The notes beneath the pieces are model-generated. The model was not told the origin of the DNA, searched no databases, and worked only from the letters and a program-made list of their open reading frames with translations. Shown piece by piece: positions 16,301 to 31,300 of a stretch of 64,000 bases of DNA; position 1 is the stretch's first letter, and the number at the start of each line of letters is the position of its first letter. The stretch comes from the human T2T-CHM13v2.0 reference genome, Homo sapiens. The position numbers were made by a program, and so were the translations under genes. The DNA is taken from the NCBI RefSeq assembly GCF_009914755.1, contig NC_060940.1. One strand, 5' to 3'.

Positions 16301-19300
16301 TGAGTCAATTCAATGATGATTCCATATGGGTCCGTTCGATGATAATTCCATTTGATTTCATTCGATGCTTCTATTCAATTCCAGTCGATGATGATTCCGT
16401 TGGAGTCCATACGATGATTCCATTTGATTTCATTTGATGATGATTCCATTCGATGATGATTACATTGGATTCCATTCTATGATTCCATTCAATTCCATTC
16501 GTTGATGATTCGATTCCATTCAATGATGATTCCATTTGAGTTCATTCGATGATTCTATTCGATTCCGTTCGATGGTGATTCAATTCTATTATATTGGATG
16601 ATTCCACTCGATTCCATTTGATGATTATTCCATTGGAGTCCACTTAGTGAATCCTTTAGATTCTACTCGACGATGATTCCATTCGAGTCCATTCGATGAT
16701 ACCATTCAATTCCATTCGTTGATGCTTCCATTCAAGTGCATTCGATGATATCATTCGATTCCATTTGATGATAATTCCATTTGATTCCATGCGATGATTC
16801 TATTCGATTCCATTCAATGATAATTCCATTCAATTCAGTGATTCCTCTGGACTCCATTTGATGATGATTCCATTCAATGATTCCATTCGATTCTATTCGA
16901 AAATGATTCCATTTGAATCCATTTGATGATGATTCCATTAGATTCCATTTGATGATTCCATTCGATTCCATTCGACGATGATTCCATTCGATTCCGTTTG
17001 ATGATTCCATTCTATTCTATTCGATGATGATTCCATTCGATTCCATTCGATGATGATTGGATTCGATTCCATTTGATGATTTCATTTGATTCCATTCGTT
17101 AATGATTTCGATCAATTCCATTCGATGATTCCATTCGATTCCATTCGATAATGATTACATCCGAGTCCATTCGATGATTCCCTTTGAGCCTGTTCGATAA
17201 TTCCATTTGAGTCCAACCAATGATTCCATTCATTTCCATTCAATGATTCCATTCGAGTCCATTTGATCATTCCGGTAGGGTCCATTCGATGTTGATTCCA
17301 TTGGAGTGCATTCGATGATTCCATTCGAGTCCATTTTAGGATTTGATTCGAGTCCTTTCGATGATTCCATTCGATTCCACTCGATGATGATTTCATTCGA
17401 GTCCATTCGACACTTCCAATCGATTCCATTTGATGATTCCATTCGAGTCCAATTGATGATTCCATTCAATTCCATTCGATGATGATTCCGTACGATTCCA
17501 TTCTGTGATGATTCCATGTGATTGCATTCAATGATGATTCCTTTCGATTGCATTCGATTATGATTCATTTCGTGTTCATTCTATGGTTCCACAGGTTTCC
17601 ATTCGTGTCCATTCCATTATTCCATTCTATTCCATTTGATGATGATTCCATTCGATTCCATTCATTGGTGATTCCACTCAATTCCATTCAATGATTCCAT
17701 TCCATTTCTTTCAACAATGATTCCATTAGTTTCTAATCGATGATCCACTTGATTCCATTTGACGACGATTCCATTCTTGTCCATTCGATGATTCCATTTG
17801 ATTCCATATGATGATGATTCCATTCGATTCCATACCATGATGATTCCATTCGAGTCCATTCAATGGTGATTCCATTCAATTCCATTCGATGATTCCTTTC
17901 GATTCCATTCAATGATGATGGCATTCGATTCCTTTCAATCATTCCCTTTGATTCCATTCAAAGGTGATTTCATTCAAGTCCATTCGATAATTGCATTCGA
18001 TTCCATTCTATGATGATTCCATTCGAGTCCATTTGATGATTCCATTCAATTCAAGTCAATGATGATTCCATTCAATTCCATTCGATGATTCCATTGGATT
18101 CCATTCGATGATGATTCCATTCAAATCCATTCGATAATTCAATTCAAGTCCATTCGATGATGATTCCAATCGAATCCATTCAAAGATTCCATTCTGTTCC
18201 ATTCGATGATTCCCTTAGATTCCATTCGATGATTCCACTTGATTGCATTTACGATGATTCCATTCGATTCCATGTGATGATTCCATTCAATTCTATTCAA
18301 TGATGTCTCCATTTGATTCCATTCGACCATGATTGCCTTTGATTCCATTCAATGATTCCATTCGGTTCCGTTTGATGATGATTCCGTTCGATTCCATTTG
18401 ATGATTCCATTTGATTCCATTGGATGAGTCCATTCGATTACATTCGATGATTATTCCATTCGAGTGCATTAGATGATTCCATTCGAGTCCATTCGATGAT
18501 TCCATTCGATTCCATTCGATGTTGATTCTGTTCAAATCCATTCGATGATTCCACTCGATTCCATTCGTTGACTCCATTTGATCCCATTCGATGATTTCCT
18601 TTGATTCCCTTTGATGATCATTCCATTTGATTCAATTCGGTGATTTCATTTGATTCCATTCAGTGATGTTTCCATTCGACTCCATTCGATGATGATTCCA
18701 TTCGACTCCATTCGATTATGATTTCATTCAATTCCATTCGATAATGATTCCCTTCGAGTCCATTCGATGATTCCATTCGATTCCATTCAACGATGATTTG
18801 ATTCGTGTCCATTCGATGATTCCATTTGATTCCACTTGATGATGATTCCATTCGAGTCCATTTGATGATTCCATTCAATTCCATACTCCGATGATTTCTT
18901 TTGAGCCCACTCAATGCTTCCACTCGATTCCATATGATGATGACTCCATTCGATGAAATTCGATGATGATTCCATTCGCTTGCTTTCGATGATGATTCCA
19001 CTTGAGTCCGTTAGAAGATTCTATTCAATTACATTCCATGACGATTCCGTTCGAGTCCATTTGATGATTCCATTAGACTCCATTCGACGATGATTCCATT
19101 CGATGTTATTCGATGATTCCATTCGATCTCATTCGATGATGATTCCATTCAACTCCATTCGATGTTTCCATTCGAGTTCATTCTATTATTCCATTAGATT
19201 CCATTCGATGATGATTCCATTCGATTCCATTTGATGATTGCATTCTATTTCATTTGATGATGATTCCATTCGAGTCCACTCGATGATTCCATTCGAGTCC

Positions 19301-22300
19301 ATTTAATGAATCCATTGGTTTCAATTCTATGATGATTACATTGGATTCCATTCGTTGATGATTTCATTCGGTTCCATTCAATGATGATTCCATTCAATTC
19401 CTTTCAATGTTTCCATTCAATTCCATACGATGATGATTCCATTTGATTTGATTCGACAGTGAGCCATTCGATTCAATTCCATGATGATTCTATTTGATTC
19501 AATTGGTTGACATTTCCATTCGATTCCATTCGATGATGATTCCCTTTGATTCCGTTCAAAGATGATTCCATTCTAGCCCATTCAATCATTCTATTCGATT
19601 CTATTCAATGATGATTCCATTCATGTCGATTTGGTGATTCCATTTGACTTCATTTGATGATGATTCCTTTCAAGTTCATTAGATGATTCCATTCGATTCC
19701 ATTTGATGATGATCCCATTCGAGTCCATTCAGTGATTCCATTCGTTTCCATTCCATGATGATTCCATTCCTTTCCATTCAATGATTCCATTCGATTCCGT
19801 TTGATGATGATTTCATTCGAGTCCATTTGATGATTCCATTTGATTCCATTCGATGATGATTCCATTCGAGTCCATTCGATGATTCTATTCGAATCCATTT
19901 GATGATTTCTTTTGATTATATTTGGTGATGATTCCATTGGAGTCCATTCAATGATTCCATTCTATTCCAATCGATGATGATTCCATTAGAGTCCATTTAA
20001 TGATTCCATTTGATTCCAGTCTCTGATGATTACATTCGAGTCCATACGATGATTCCACTCAATTCCATATGATGATGATTCCATTTGATTCCATTCGGTG
20101 ATTCCATTCTATTGTATTCAATGGTGATTCCATTCGAGTACATTAGATGATTCCATTCGATTCCATTCAATGATGATTCTATTTGTGTCCCTTAGATGAT
20201 TCCACATGATTCCATTACATGATGATACTATTTGAGCCCATCCAATGATTCCCTTCGATTCCATTCGATGAGGATTCCATTCGATTCAATTCATTGGTGA
20301 TTCTATTCAATTCAATTCTTTGATTCCATTCCATTCCATTCGACAATGATTCCATTCGATTTCTTTCGATGATTCCACTCGATTCCACTTGACATTGATT
20401 CCATTCGATTCCATTCAATGATTCCATTTGATTCCAGTGGATGATGATTGCCATCGATTCCATTCGATCACTCCATTCTATTCCATTTGATGATGATTAC
20501 ATTCGATTCCATTTGATGATTCCATCTGATTCTATTCGAGGATTCCATTTGATTCCATTCGATGATGATTCCATTCGAGTCCATTCGATGATTTCATTCG
20601 AGTACATCCAATGATTCCATTCGAGTCCATTAGATGATTCCATTTGATTCCATTTGAAAATGATTCTACTAGAGTCCATTCAATGACTCCATTCGAGTCC
20701 ATTCAACAATTCCATTCGACTCCATTCGATGATTCCATTCGATTCCATTTGATGGTTCCATTCGAGTCCATTTAATCATTACAGTCGAGTCCATTTGGTG
20801 ATTCCACTGGATTTCTTTTGATAATGATACCATTCAATTACATTTGATGATGATCCCATTCAATTTCATTTGATGATGATTCCATTAGAGTCCATTCGAT
20901 GATTTCATTCGAGTCCCTTCATTGATTCCATCCGATTTCATTGGATGATGACTCCATTCGAGTCCATTCGATGATTCCACTCGATTCCATTAGATGACTC
21001 CATTGGAGTCCATTTGATTGTTCCATTCGATTCCATTCGATTCCTTTCGAAGATTATTCCATTTGAGTCCATTCGATGATGATTCCATTCCATTCCATTC
21101 GATGATTCCGTTTGATTCCATTCGATGATTCCCTTCGATTCCTTTCTTTGATGATTCCATTCCATTCCATTCAATGATTCCATTCGAATCTATTCCATGA
21201 TGATTCCTTTCGATTCCATTCGCTGATGTTTCCGTTCAATTCCATTCGATGATGATTCCATTCGATTCCATTCATTGAGGATTCCATTTGATTCCATTCA
21301 ATGATGATTCCATTCTATTCCATTCAATGATTGCATTCAATTCCATTCAATGATTATCCCATTAGAGTAAACTCAACGATTCCATTCAATACCATTCGAT
21401 GATGATTCCTTTTGAGTCCATTCAATGATTTCATTCAAGTCCATTTGATGATTCCTTTCAATTCCATTCTATGATGATTCCATTCGAGTCCATTCGATGA
21501 TTCCATTCGATTGCATTCGATGATTCCATTATATTCCATTCAATGATGATTCCATTCGAGTCCATTCGATGTTTCCACTAGAGTACATTTATTGATTGCT
21601 TTGTTTTCAATTCGAAGATGATTACATTGGATTCCATTCTATGATACCATTCGATTCCATTCAATGATGATTCCACTCAAATCCATTGGATGATTCCATT
21701 CGTGTCCATTCGGTGATTTCATTAGATTCCATTCGAGGATGATTCCATTCGATTCCATTCGATGATTCCATTCAATTCCATTCGATGATGATTCCATTCC
21801 AGTCCATATGATCATTCCATTTGATTTCATTCGATGATGATTCCATTCGATTCCATTCGACGATTCCATTCTATTCCATTCGATGATGATTCCATTCGAG
21901 TCCATTCGATCAATCCATTCGAGTCCATTTAATGATTCCATTGGGTTCAATTCAATGATGATTACATTGGATTCCGTTCTATGATTCCATTCAATTCCGT
22001 TCATTGACAATTTGATTCCATTCGATGATGATTCCATTTGAGTTCATTCGATGATTCTATTCGATTCTCTTCGATGGTGATTCAATTCTATTATATTGGA
22101 TGATTCCATTCGATTCCATTTGATGTTGATTCAATTCGATTCTATTCGATGATGATTCCATTGGATTTCACTTGATGATTCTATTCGATTCCATTCAATG
22201 ATGATTCACTTCTCGTCCATTGGATGATTCCATTTCATTCCATTCGATGATGATTCCATTCGATTCCATTCGTTGATTCCATTTGATTCCATGCGACGGT

Positions 22301-25300
22301 GAGCAATTCGATTCAATTCCATGATGATTCTATTTGATTCAATTAGATGATGTTTCCATTCGAATCCATTCCATGATTATTCCATTGGAATCCATTCGGC
22401 GATGATTCCATATGAGTCAATTCAATGATGATTCCATATGGGTCCGTTCGATGATAATTCCATTTGATTTCATTCGATGCTTCTATTCTATTCCAGTCGA
22501 TGATGATTCCGTTGGAGTCCATACGATGATTCCATTTGATTTCATTTGATGATGATTCCATTCGATGATGATTACATTGGATTCCATTCTATGATTCCAT
22601 TCAATTCCATTCGTTGATGATTCGATTCCATTCAATGATGATTCCATTTGAGTTCATTCGATGATTCTATTCGATTCCGTTCGATGGTGATTCAATTCTA
22701 TTATATTGGATGATTCCACTCGATTCCATTTGATGATTATTCCATTGGAGTCCACTTAGTGAATCCTTTAGATTCTACTCGACGATGATTCCATTCGAGT
22801 CCATTCGATGATACCATTCAATTCCATTCGTTGATGCTTCCATTCAAGTGCATTCGATGATATCATTCGATTCCATTTGATGATAATTCCATTTGATTCC
22901 ATGCGATGATTCTATTCGATTCCATTCAATGATAATTCCATTCAATTCAGTGATTCCTCTGGACTCCATTTGATGATGATTCCATTCAATGATTCCATTC
23001 GATTCTATTCGAAAATGATTCCATTTGAATCCATTTGATGATGATTCCATTAGATTCCATTTGATGATTCCATTCGATTCCATTCGACGATGATTCCATT
23101 CGATTCCGTTTGATGATTCCATTCTATTCTATTCGATGATGATTCCATTCGATTCCATTCGATGATGATTGGATTCGATTCCATTTGATGATTTCATTTG
23201 ATTCCATTCGTTAATGATTTCGATCAATTCCATTCGATGATTCCATTCGATTCCATTCGATAATGATTACATCCGGGTCCATTCGATGATTCCCTTTGAG
23301 CCTGTTCGATAATTCCATTTGAGTCCAACCAATGATTCCATTCATTTCCATTCAATGATTCCATTCGAGTCCATTTGATCATTCCGGTAGGGTCCATTCG
23401 ATGTTGATTCCATTGGAGTGCATTCGATGATTCCATTCGAGTCCATTTTAGGATTTGATTCGAGTCCTTTCGATGATTCCATTCGATTCCACTCGATGAT
23501 GATTTCATTCGAGTCCATTCGACACTTCCAATCGATTCCATTTGATGATTCCATTCGAGTCCAATTGATGATTCCATTCAATTCCATTCGATGATGATTC
23601 CGTACGATTCCATTCTGTGATGATTCCATGTGATTGCATTCAATGATGATTCCTTTCGATTGCATTCGATTATGATTCATTTCGTGTTCATTCTATGGTT
23701 CCACAGGTTTCCATTCGTGTCCATTCCATTATTCCATTCTATTCCATTTCATGATGATTCCATTCGATTCCATTCATTGGTGATTCCACTCAATTCCATT
23801 CAATGATTCCATTCCATTTCTTTCAACAATGATTCCATTAGTTTCTAATCGATGATCCACTTGATTCCATTTGACGACGATTCCATTCTTGTCCATTCGA
23901 TGATTCCATTTGATTCCATATGATGATGATTCCATTCGATTCCATACGATGATGATTCCATTCGAGTCCATTCAATGGTGATTCCATTCAATTCCATTCG
24001 ATGATTCCTTTCGATTCCATTCAATGATGATGGCATTCGATTCCTTTCAATCATTCCCTTTGATTCCATTCAAAGGTGATTTCATTCAAGTCCATTCGAT
24101 AATTGCATTCGATTCCATTCTATGATGATTCCATTCGAGTCCATTTGATGATTCCATTCAATTCAAGTCAATGATGATTCCATTCAATTCCATTCGATGA
24201 TTCCATTGGATTCCATTCGATGATGATTCCATTCAAATCCATTCGATAATTCAATTCAAGTCCATTCGATGATGATTCCAATCGAATCCATTCAAAGATT
24301 CCATTCTGTTCCATTCGATGATTCCCTTAGATTCCATTCGATGATTCCACTTGATTGCATTTACGATGATTCCATTCGATTCCATGTGATGATTCCATTC
24401 AATTCTATTCAATGATGTCTCCATTTGATTCCATTCGACCATGATTGCCTTTGATTCCATTCAATGATTCCATTCGGTTCCGTTTGATGATGATTCCGTT
24501 CGATTCCATTTGATGATTCCATTTGATTCCATTGGATGAGTCCATTCGATTACATTCGATGATTATTCCATTCGAGTGCATTAGATGATTCCATTCGAGT
24601 CCATTCGATGATTCCATTCGATTCCATTCGATGTTGATTCTGTTCAAATCCATTCGATGATTCCACTCGATTCCATTCGTTGACTCCATTTGATCCCATT
24701 CGATGATTTCCTTTGATTCCCTTTGATGATCATTCCATTTGATTCAATTCGGTGATTTCATTTGATTCCATTCAGTGATGTTTCCATTCGACTCCATTCG
24801 ATGATGATTCCATTCGACTCCATTCGATTATGATTTCATTCAATTCCATTCGATAATGATTCCCTTCGAGTCCATTCGATGATTCCATTCGATTCCATTC
24901 AACGATGATTTGATTCGTGTCCATTCGATGATTCCATTTGATTCCACTTGATGATGATTCCATTCGAGTCCATTTGATGATTCCATTCAATTCCATACTC
25001 CGATGATTTCTTTTGAGCCCACTCAATGCTTCCACTCGATTCCATATGATGATGACTCCATTCGATGAAATTCGATGATGATTCCATTCGCTTGCTTTCG
25101 ATGATGATTCCACTTGAGTCCGTTAGAAGATTCTATTCAATTACATTCCATGACGATTCCGTTCGAGTCCATTTGATGATTCCATTAGACTCCATTCGAC
25201 GATGATTCCATTCGATGTTATTCGATGATTCCATTCGATCTCATTCGATGATGATTCCATTCAACTCCATTCGATGTTTCCATTCGAGTTCATTCTATTA

Positions 25301-28300
25301 TTCCATTAGATTCCATTCGATGATGATTCCATTCGATTCCATTTGATGATTGCATTCTATTTCATTTGATGATGATTCCATTCGAGTCCACTCGATGATT
25401 CCATTCGAGTCCATTTAATGAATCCATTGGTTTCAATTCTATGATGATTACATTGGATTCCATTCGTTGATGATTTCATTCGGTTCCATTCAATGATGAT
25501 TCCATTCAATTCCTTTCAATGTTTCCATTCAATTCCATACGATGATGATTCCATTTGATTTGATTCGACAGTGAGCCATTCGATTCAATTCCATGATGAT
25601 TCTATTTGATTCAATTGGTTGACATTTCCATTCGATTCCATTCGATGATGATTCCCTTTGATTCCGTTCAAAGATGATTCCATTCTAGCCCATTCAATCA
25701 TTCTATTCGATTCTATTCAATGATGATTCCATTCATGTCGATTTGGTGATTCCATTTGACTTCATTTGATGATGATTCCTTTCAAGTTCATTAGATGATT
25801 CCATTCGATTCCATTTGATGATGATCCCATTCGAGTCCATTCAGTGATTCCATTCGTTTCCATTCCATGATGATTCCATTCCTTTCCATTCAATGATTCC
25901 ATTCGATTCCGTTTGATGATGATTTCATTCGAGTCCATTTGATGATTCCATTTGATTCCATTCGATGATGATTCCATTCGAGTCCATTCGATGATTCTAT
26001 TCGAATCCATTTGATGATTTCTTTTGATTATATTTGGTGATGATTCCATTGGAGTCCATTCAATGATTCCATTCTATTCCAATCGATGATGATTCCATTA
26101 GAGTCCATTTAATGATTCCATTTGATTCCAGTCTCTGATGATTACATTCGAGTCCATACGATGATTCCACTCAATTCCATATGATGATGATTCCATTTGA
26201 TTCCATTCGGTGATTCCATTCTATTCTATTCAATGGTGATTCCATTCGAGTACATTAGATGATTCCATTCGATTCCATTCAATGATGATTCTATTTGTGT
26301 CCCTTAGATGATTCCACATGATTCCATTACATGATGATACTATTTGAGCCCATCCAATGATTCCCTTCGATTCCATTCGATGAGGATTCCATTCGATTCA
26401 ATTCATTGGTGATTCTATTCAATTCAATTCTTTGATTCCATTCCATTCCATTCGACAATGATTCCATTCGATTTCTTTCGATGATTCCACTCGATTCCAC
26501 TTGACATTGATTCCATTCGATTCCATTCAATGATTCCATTTGATTCCAGTGGATGATGATTGCCATCGATTCCATTCGATCACTCCATTCTATTCCATTT
26601 GATGATGATTACATTCGATTCCATTTGATGATTCCATCTGATTCTATTCGAGGATTCCATTTGATTCCATTCGATGATGATTCCATTCGAGTCCATTCGA
26701 TGATTTCATTCGAGTACATCCAATGATTCCATTCGAGTCCATTAGATGATTCCATTTGATTCCATTTGAAAATGATTCTACTAGAGTCCATTCAATGACT
26801 CCATTCGAGTCCATTCAACAATTCCATTCGACTCCATTCGATGATTCCATTCGATTCCATTTGATGGTTCCATTCGAGTCCATTTAATCATTACAGTCGA
26901 GTCCATTTGGTGATTCCACTGGATTTCTTTTGATAATGATACCATTCAATTACATTTGATGATGATCCCATTCAATTTCATTTGATGATGATTCCATTAG
27001 AGTCCATTCGATGATTTCATTCGAGTCCCTTCATTGATTCCATCCGATTTCATTGGATGATGACTCCATTCGAGTCCATTCGATGATTCCACTCGATTCC
27101 ATTAGATGACTCCATTGGAGTCCATTTGATTGTTCCATTCGATTCCATTCGATTCCTTTCGAAGATTATTCCATTTGAGTCCATTCGATGATGATTCCAT
27201 TCCATTCCATTCGATGATTCCGTTTGATTCCATTCGATGATTCCCTTCGATTCCTTTCTTTGATGATTCCATTCCATTCCATTCAATGATTCCATTCGAA
27301 TCTATTCCATGATGATTCCTTTCGATTCCATTCGCTGATGTTTCCGTTCAATTCCATTCGATGATGATTCCATTCGATTCCATTCATTGAGGATTCCATT
27401 TGATTCCATTCAATGATGATTCCATTCTATTCCATTCAATGATTGCATTCAATTCCATTCAATGATTATCCCATTAGAGTAAACTCAACGATTCCATTCA
27501 ATACCATTCGATGATGATTCCTTTTGAGTCCATTCAATGATTTCATTCAAGTCCATTTGATGATTCCTTTCAATTCCATTCTATGATGATTCCATTCGAG
27601 TCCATTCGATGATTCCATTCGATTGCATTCGATGATTCCATTATATTCCATTCAATGATGATTCCATTCGAGTCCATTCGATGTTTCCACTAGAGTACAT
27701 TTATTGATTGCTTTGTTTTCAATTCGAAGATGATTACATTGGATTCCATTCTATGATACCATTCGATTCCATTCAATGATGATTCCACTCAAATCCATTG
27801 GATGATTCCATTCGTGTCCATTCGGTGATTTCATTAGATTCCATTCGAGGATGATTCCATTCGATTCCATTCGATGATTCCATTCAATTCCATTCGATGA
27901 TGATTCCATTCCAGTCCATATGATCATTCCATTTGATTTCATTCGATGATGATTCCATTCGATTCCATTCGACGATTCCATTCTATTCCATTCGATGATG
28001 ATTCCATTCGAGTCCATTCGATCAATCCATTCGAGTCCATTTAATGATTCCATTGGGTTCAATTCAATGATGATTACATTGGATTCCGTTCTATGATTCC
28101 ATTCAATTCCGTTCATTGACAATTTGATTCCATTCGATGATGATTCCATTTGAGTTCATTCGATGATTCTATTCGATTCTCTTCGATGGTGATTCAATTC
28201 TATTATATTGGATGATTCCATTCGATTCCATTTGATGTTGATTCAATTCGATTCTATTCGATGATGATTCCATTGGATTTCACTTGATGATTCTATTCGA

Positions 28301-31300
28301 TTCCATTCAATGATGATTCACTTCTCGTCCATTGGATGATTCCATTTCATTCCATTCGATGATGATTCCATTCGATTCCATTCGTTGATTCCATTTGATT
28401 CCATGCGACGGTGAGCAATTCGATTCAATTCCATGATGATTCTATTTGATTCAATTAGATGATGTTTCCATTCGAATCCATTCCATGATTATTCCATTGG
28501 AATCCATTCGGCGATGATTCCATATGAGTCAATTCAATGATGATTCCATATGGGTCCGTTCGATGATAATTCCATTTGATTTCATTCGATGCTTCTATTC
28601 TATTCCAGTCGATGATGATTCCGTTGGAGTCCATACGATGATTCCATTTGATTTCATTTGATGATGATTCCATTCGATGATGATTACATTGGATTCCATT
28701 CTATGATTCCATTCAATTCCATTCGTTGATGATTCGATTCCATTCAATGATGATTCCATTTGAGTTCATTCGATGATTCTATTCGATTCCGTTCGATGGT
28801 GATTCAATTCTATTATATTGGATGATTCCACTCGATTCCATTTGATGATTATTCCATTGGAGTCCACTTAGTGAATCCTTTAGATTCTACTCGACGATGA
28901 TTCCATTCGAGTCCATTCGATGATACCATTCAATTCCATTCGTTGATGCTTCCATTCAAGTGCATTCGATGATATCATTCGATTCCATTTGATGATAATT
29001 CCATTTGATTCCATGCGATGATTCTATTCGATTCCATTCAATGATAATTCCATTCAATTCAGTGATTCCTCTGGACTCCATTTGATGATGATTCCATTCA
29101 ATGATTCCATTCGATTCTATTCGAAAATGATTCCATTTGAATCCATTTGATGATGATTCCATTAGATTCCATTTGATGATTCCATTCGATTCCATTCGAC
29201 GATGATTCCATTCGATTCCGTTTGATGATTCCATTCTATTCTATTCGATGATGATTCCATTCGATTCCATTCGATGATGATTGGATTCGATTCCATTTGA
29301 TGATTTCATTTGATTCCATTCGTTAATGATTTCGATCAATTCCATTCGATGATTCCATTCGATTCCATTCGATAATGATTACATCCGAGTCCATTCGATG
29401 ATTCCCTTTGAGCCTGTTCGATAATTCCATTTGAGTCCAACCAATGATTCCATTCATTTCCATTCAATGATTCCATTCGAGTCCATTTGATCATTCCGGT
29501 AGGGTCCATTCGATGTTGATTCCATTGGAGTGCATTCGATGATTCCATTCGAGTCCATTTTAGGATTTGATTCGAGTCCTTTCGATGATTCCATTCGATT
29601 CCACTCGATGATGATTTCATTCGAGTCCATTCGACACTTCCAATCGATTCCATTTGATGATTCCATTCGAGTCCAATTGATGATTCCATTCAATTCCATT
29701 CGATGATGATTCCGTACGATTCCATTCTGTGATGATTCCATGTGATTGCATTCAATGATGATTCCTTTCGATTGCATTCGATTATGATTCATTTCGTGTT
29801 CATTCTATGGTTCCACAGGTTTCCATTCGTGTCCATTCCATTATTCCATTCTATTCCATTTGATGATGATTCCATTCGATTCCATTCATTGGTGATTCCA
29901 CTCAATTCCATTCAATGATTCCATTCCATTTCTTTCAACAATGATTCCATTAGTTTCTAATCGATGATCCACTTGATTCCATTTGACGACGATTCCATTC
30001 TTGTCCATTCGATGATTCCATTTGATTCCATATGATGATGATTCCATTCGATTCCATACCATGATTATTCCATTCGAGTCCATTCAATGGTGATTCCATT
30101 CAATTCCATTCGATGATTCCTTTTGATTCCATTCGATGATGATGGCATTCGATTCCTTTCAATCATTCCCTTTGATTCCATTCAAAGGTGATTTCATTCA
30201 AGTCCATTCGATAATTGCATTCGATTCCATTCTATGATGATTCCATTCGAGTCCATTTGATGATTCCATTCAATTCAAGTCAATGATGATTCCATTCGAT
30301 TCCATTCGATGATTCCATTGGATTCCATTCGATGATGATTCCATTCAAATACATTCGATAATTCAATTCAAGTCCATTCGATGATGATTCCAATCGAATC
30401 CATTCAAAGATTCCATTCAGTTCCATTCGATGATTCCCTTAGATTCCATTCGATGATTCCACTTGATTGCATTTACGATGATTCCATTCGATTCCATGTG
30501 ATGATTCCATTCAATTCTATTCAATGATGTCTCCATTTGATTCCATTCGACCATGATTGCCTTTGATTCCATTCAATGATTCCATTCGGTTCCGTTTGAT
30601 GATTATTCCTTTCGATTCCATTTGATGATTCCATTTGATTCCATTGGATGAGTCCATTCGATTACATTCGATGATTATTCCATTCGAGTGCATTAGATGA
30701 TTCCATTCGAGTCCATTCGATGATTCCATTCGATTCCATTCGATGTTGATTCTGTTCAAATCCATTCGATGATTCCACTCGATTCCATTCGTTGACTCCA
30801 TTTGATCCCATTCGATGATTTCCTTTGATTCCCTTTGATGATCATTCCATTTGATTCAATTCGGTGATTTCATTTGATTCCATTCAGTGATGTTTCCATT
30901 CGACTCCATTCGATGATGATTCCATTCGACTCCATTCGATTATGATTTCATTCAATTCCATTCGATAATGATTCCCTTCGAGTCCATTCGATGATTCCAT
31001 TCGATTCCATTCAACGATGATTTGATTCGTGTCCATTCGATGATTCCATTTGATTCCACATGATGATGATTCCATTCGAGTCCATTTGATGATTCCATTC
31101 AATTCCATACTCCGATGATTTCTTTTGAGCCCACTCAATGCTTCCACTCGATTCCATATGATGATGACTCCATTCGATGAAATTCGATGATGATTCCATT
31201 CGCTTGCTTTCGATGATGATTCCACTTGAGTCCGTTAGAAGATTCTATTCAATTACATTCCATGACGATTCCGTTCGAGTCCATTTGATGATTCCATTAG

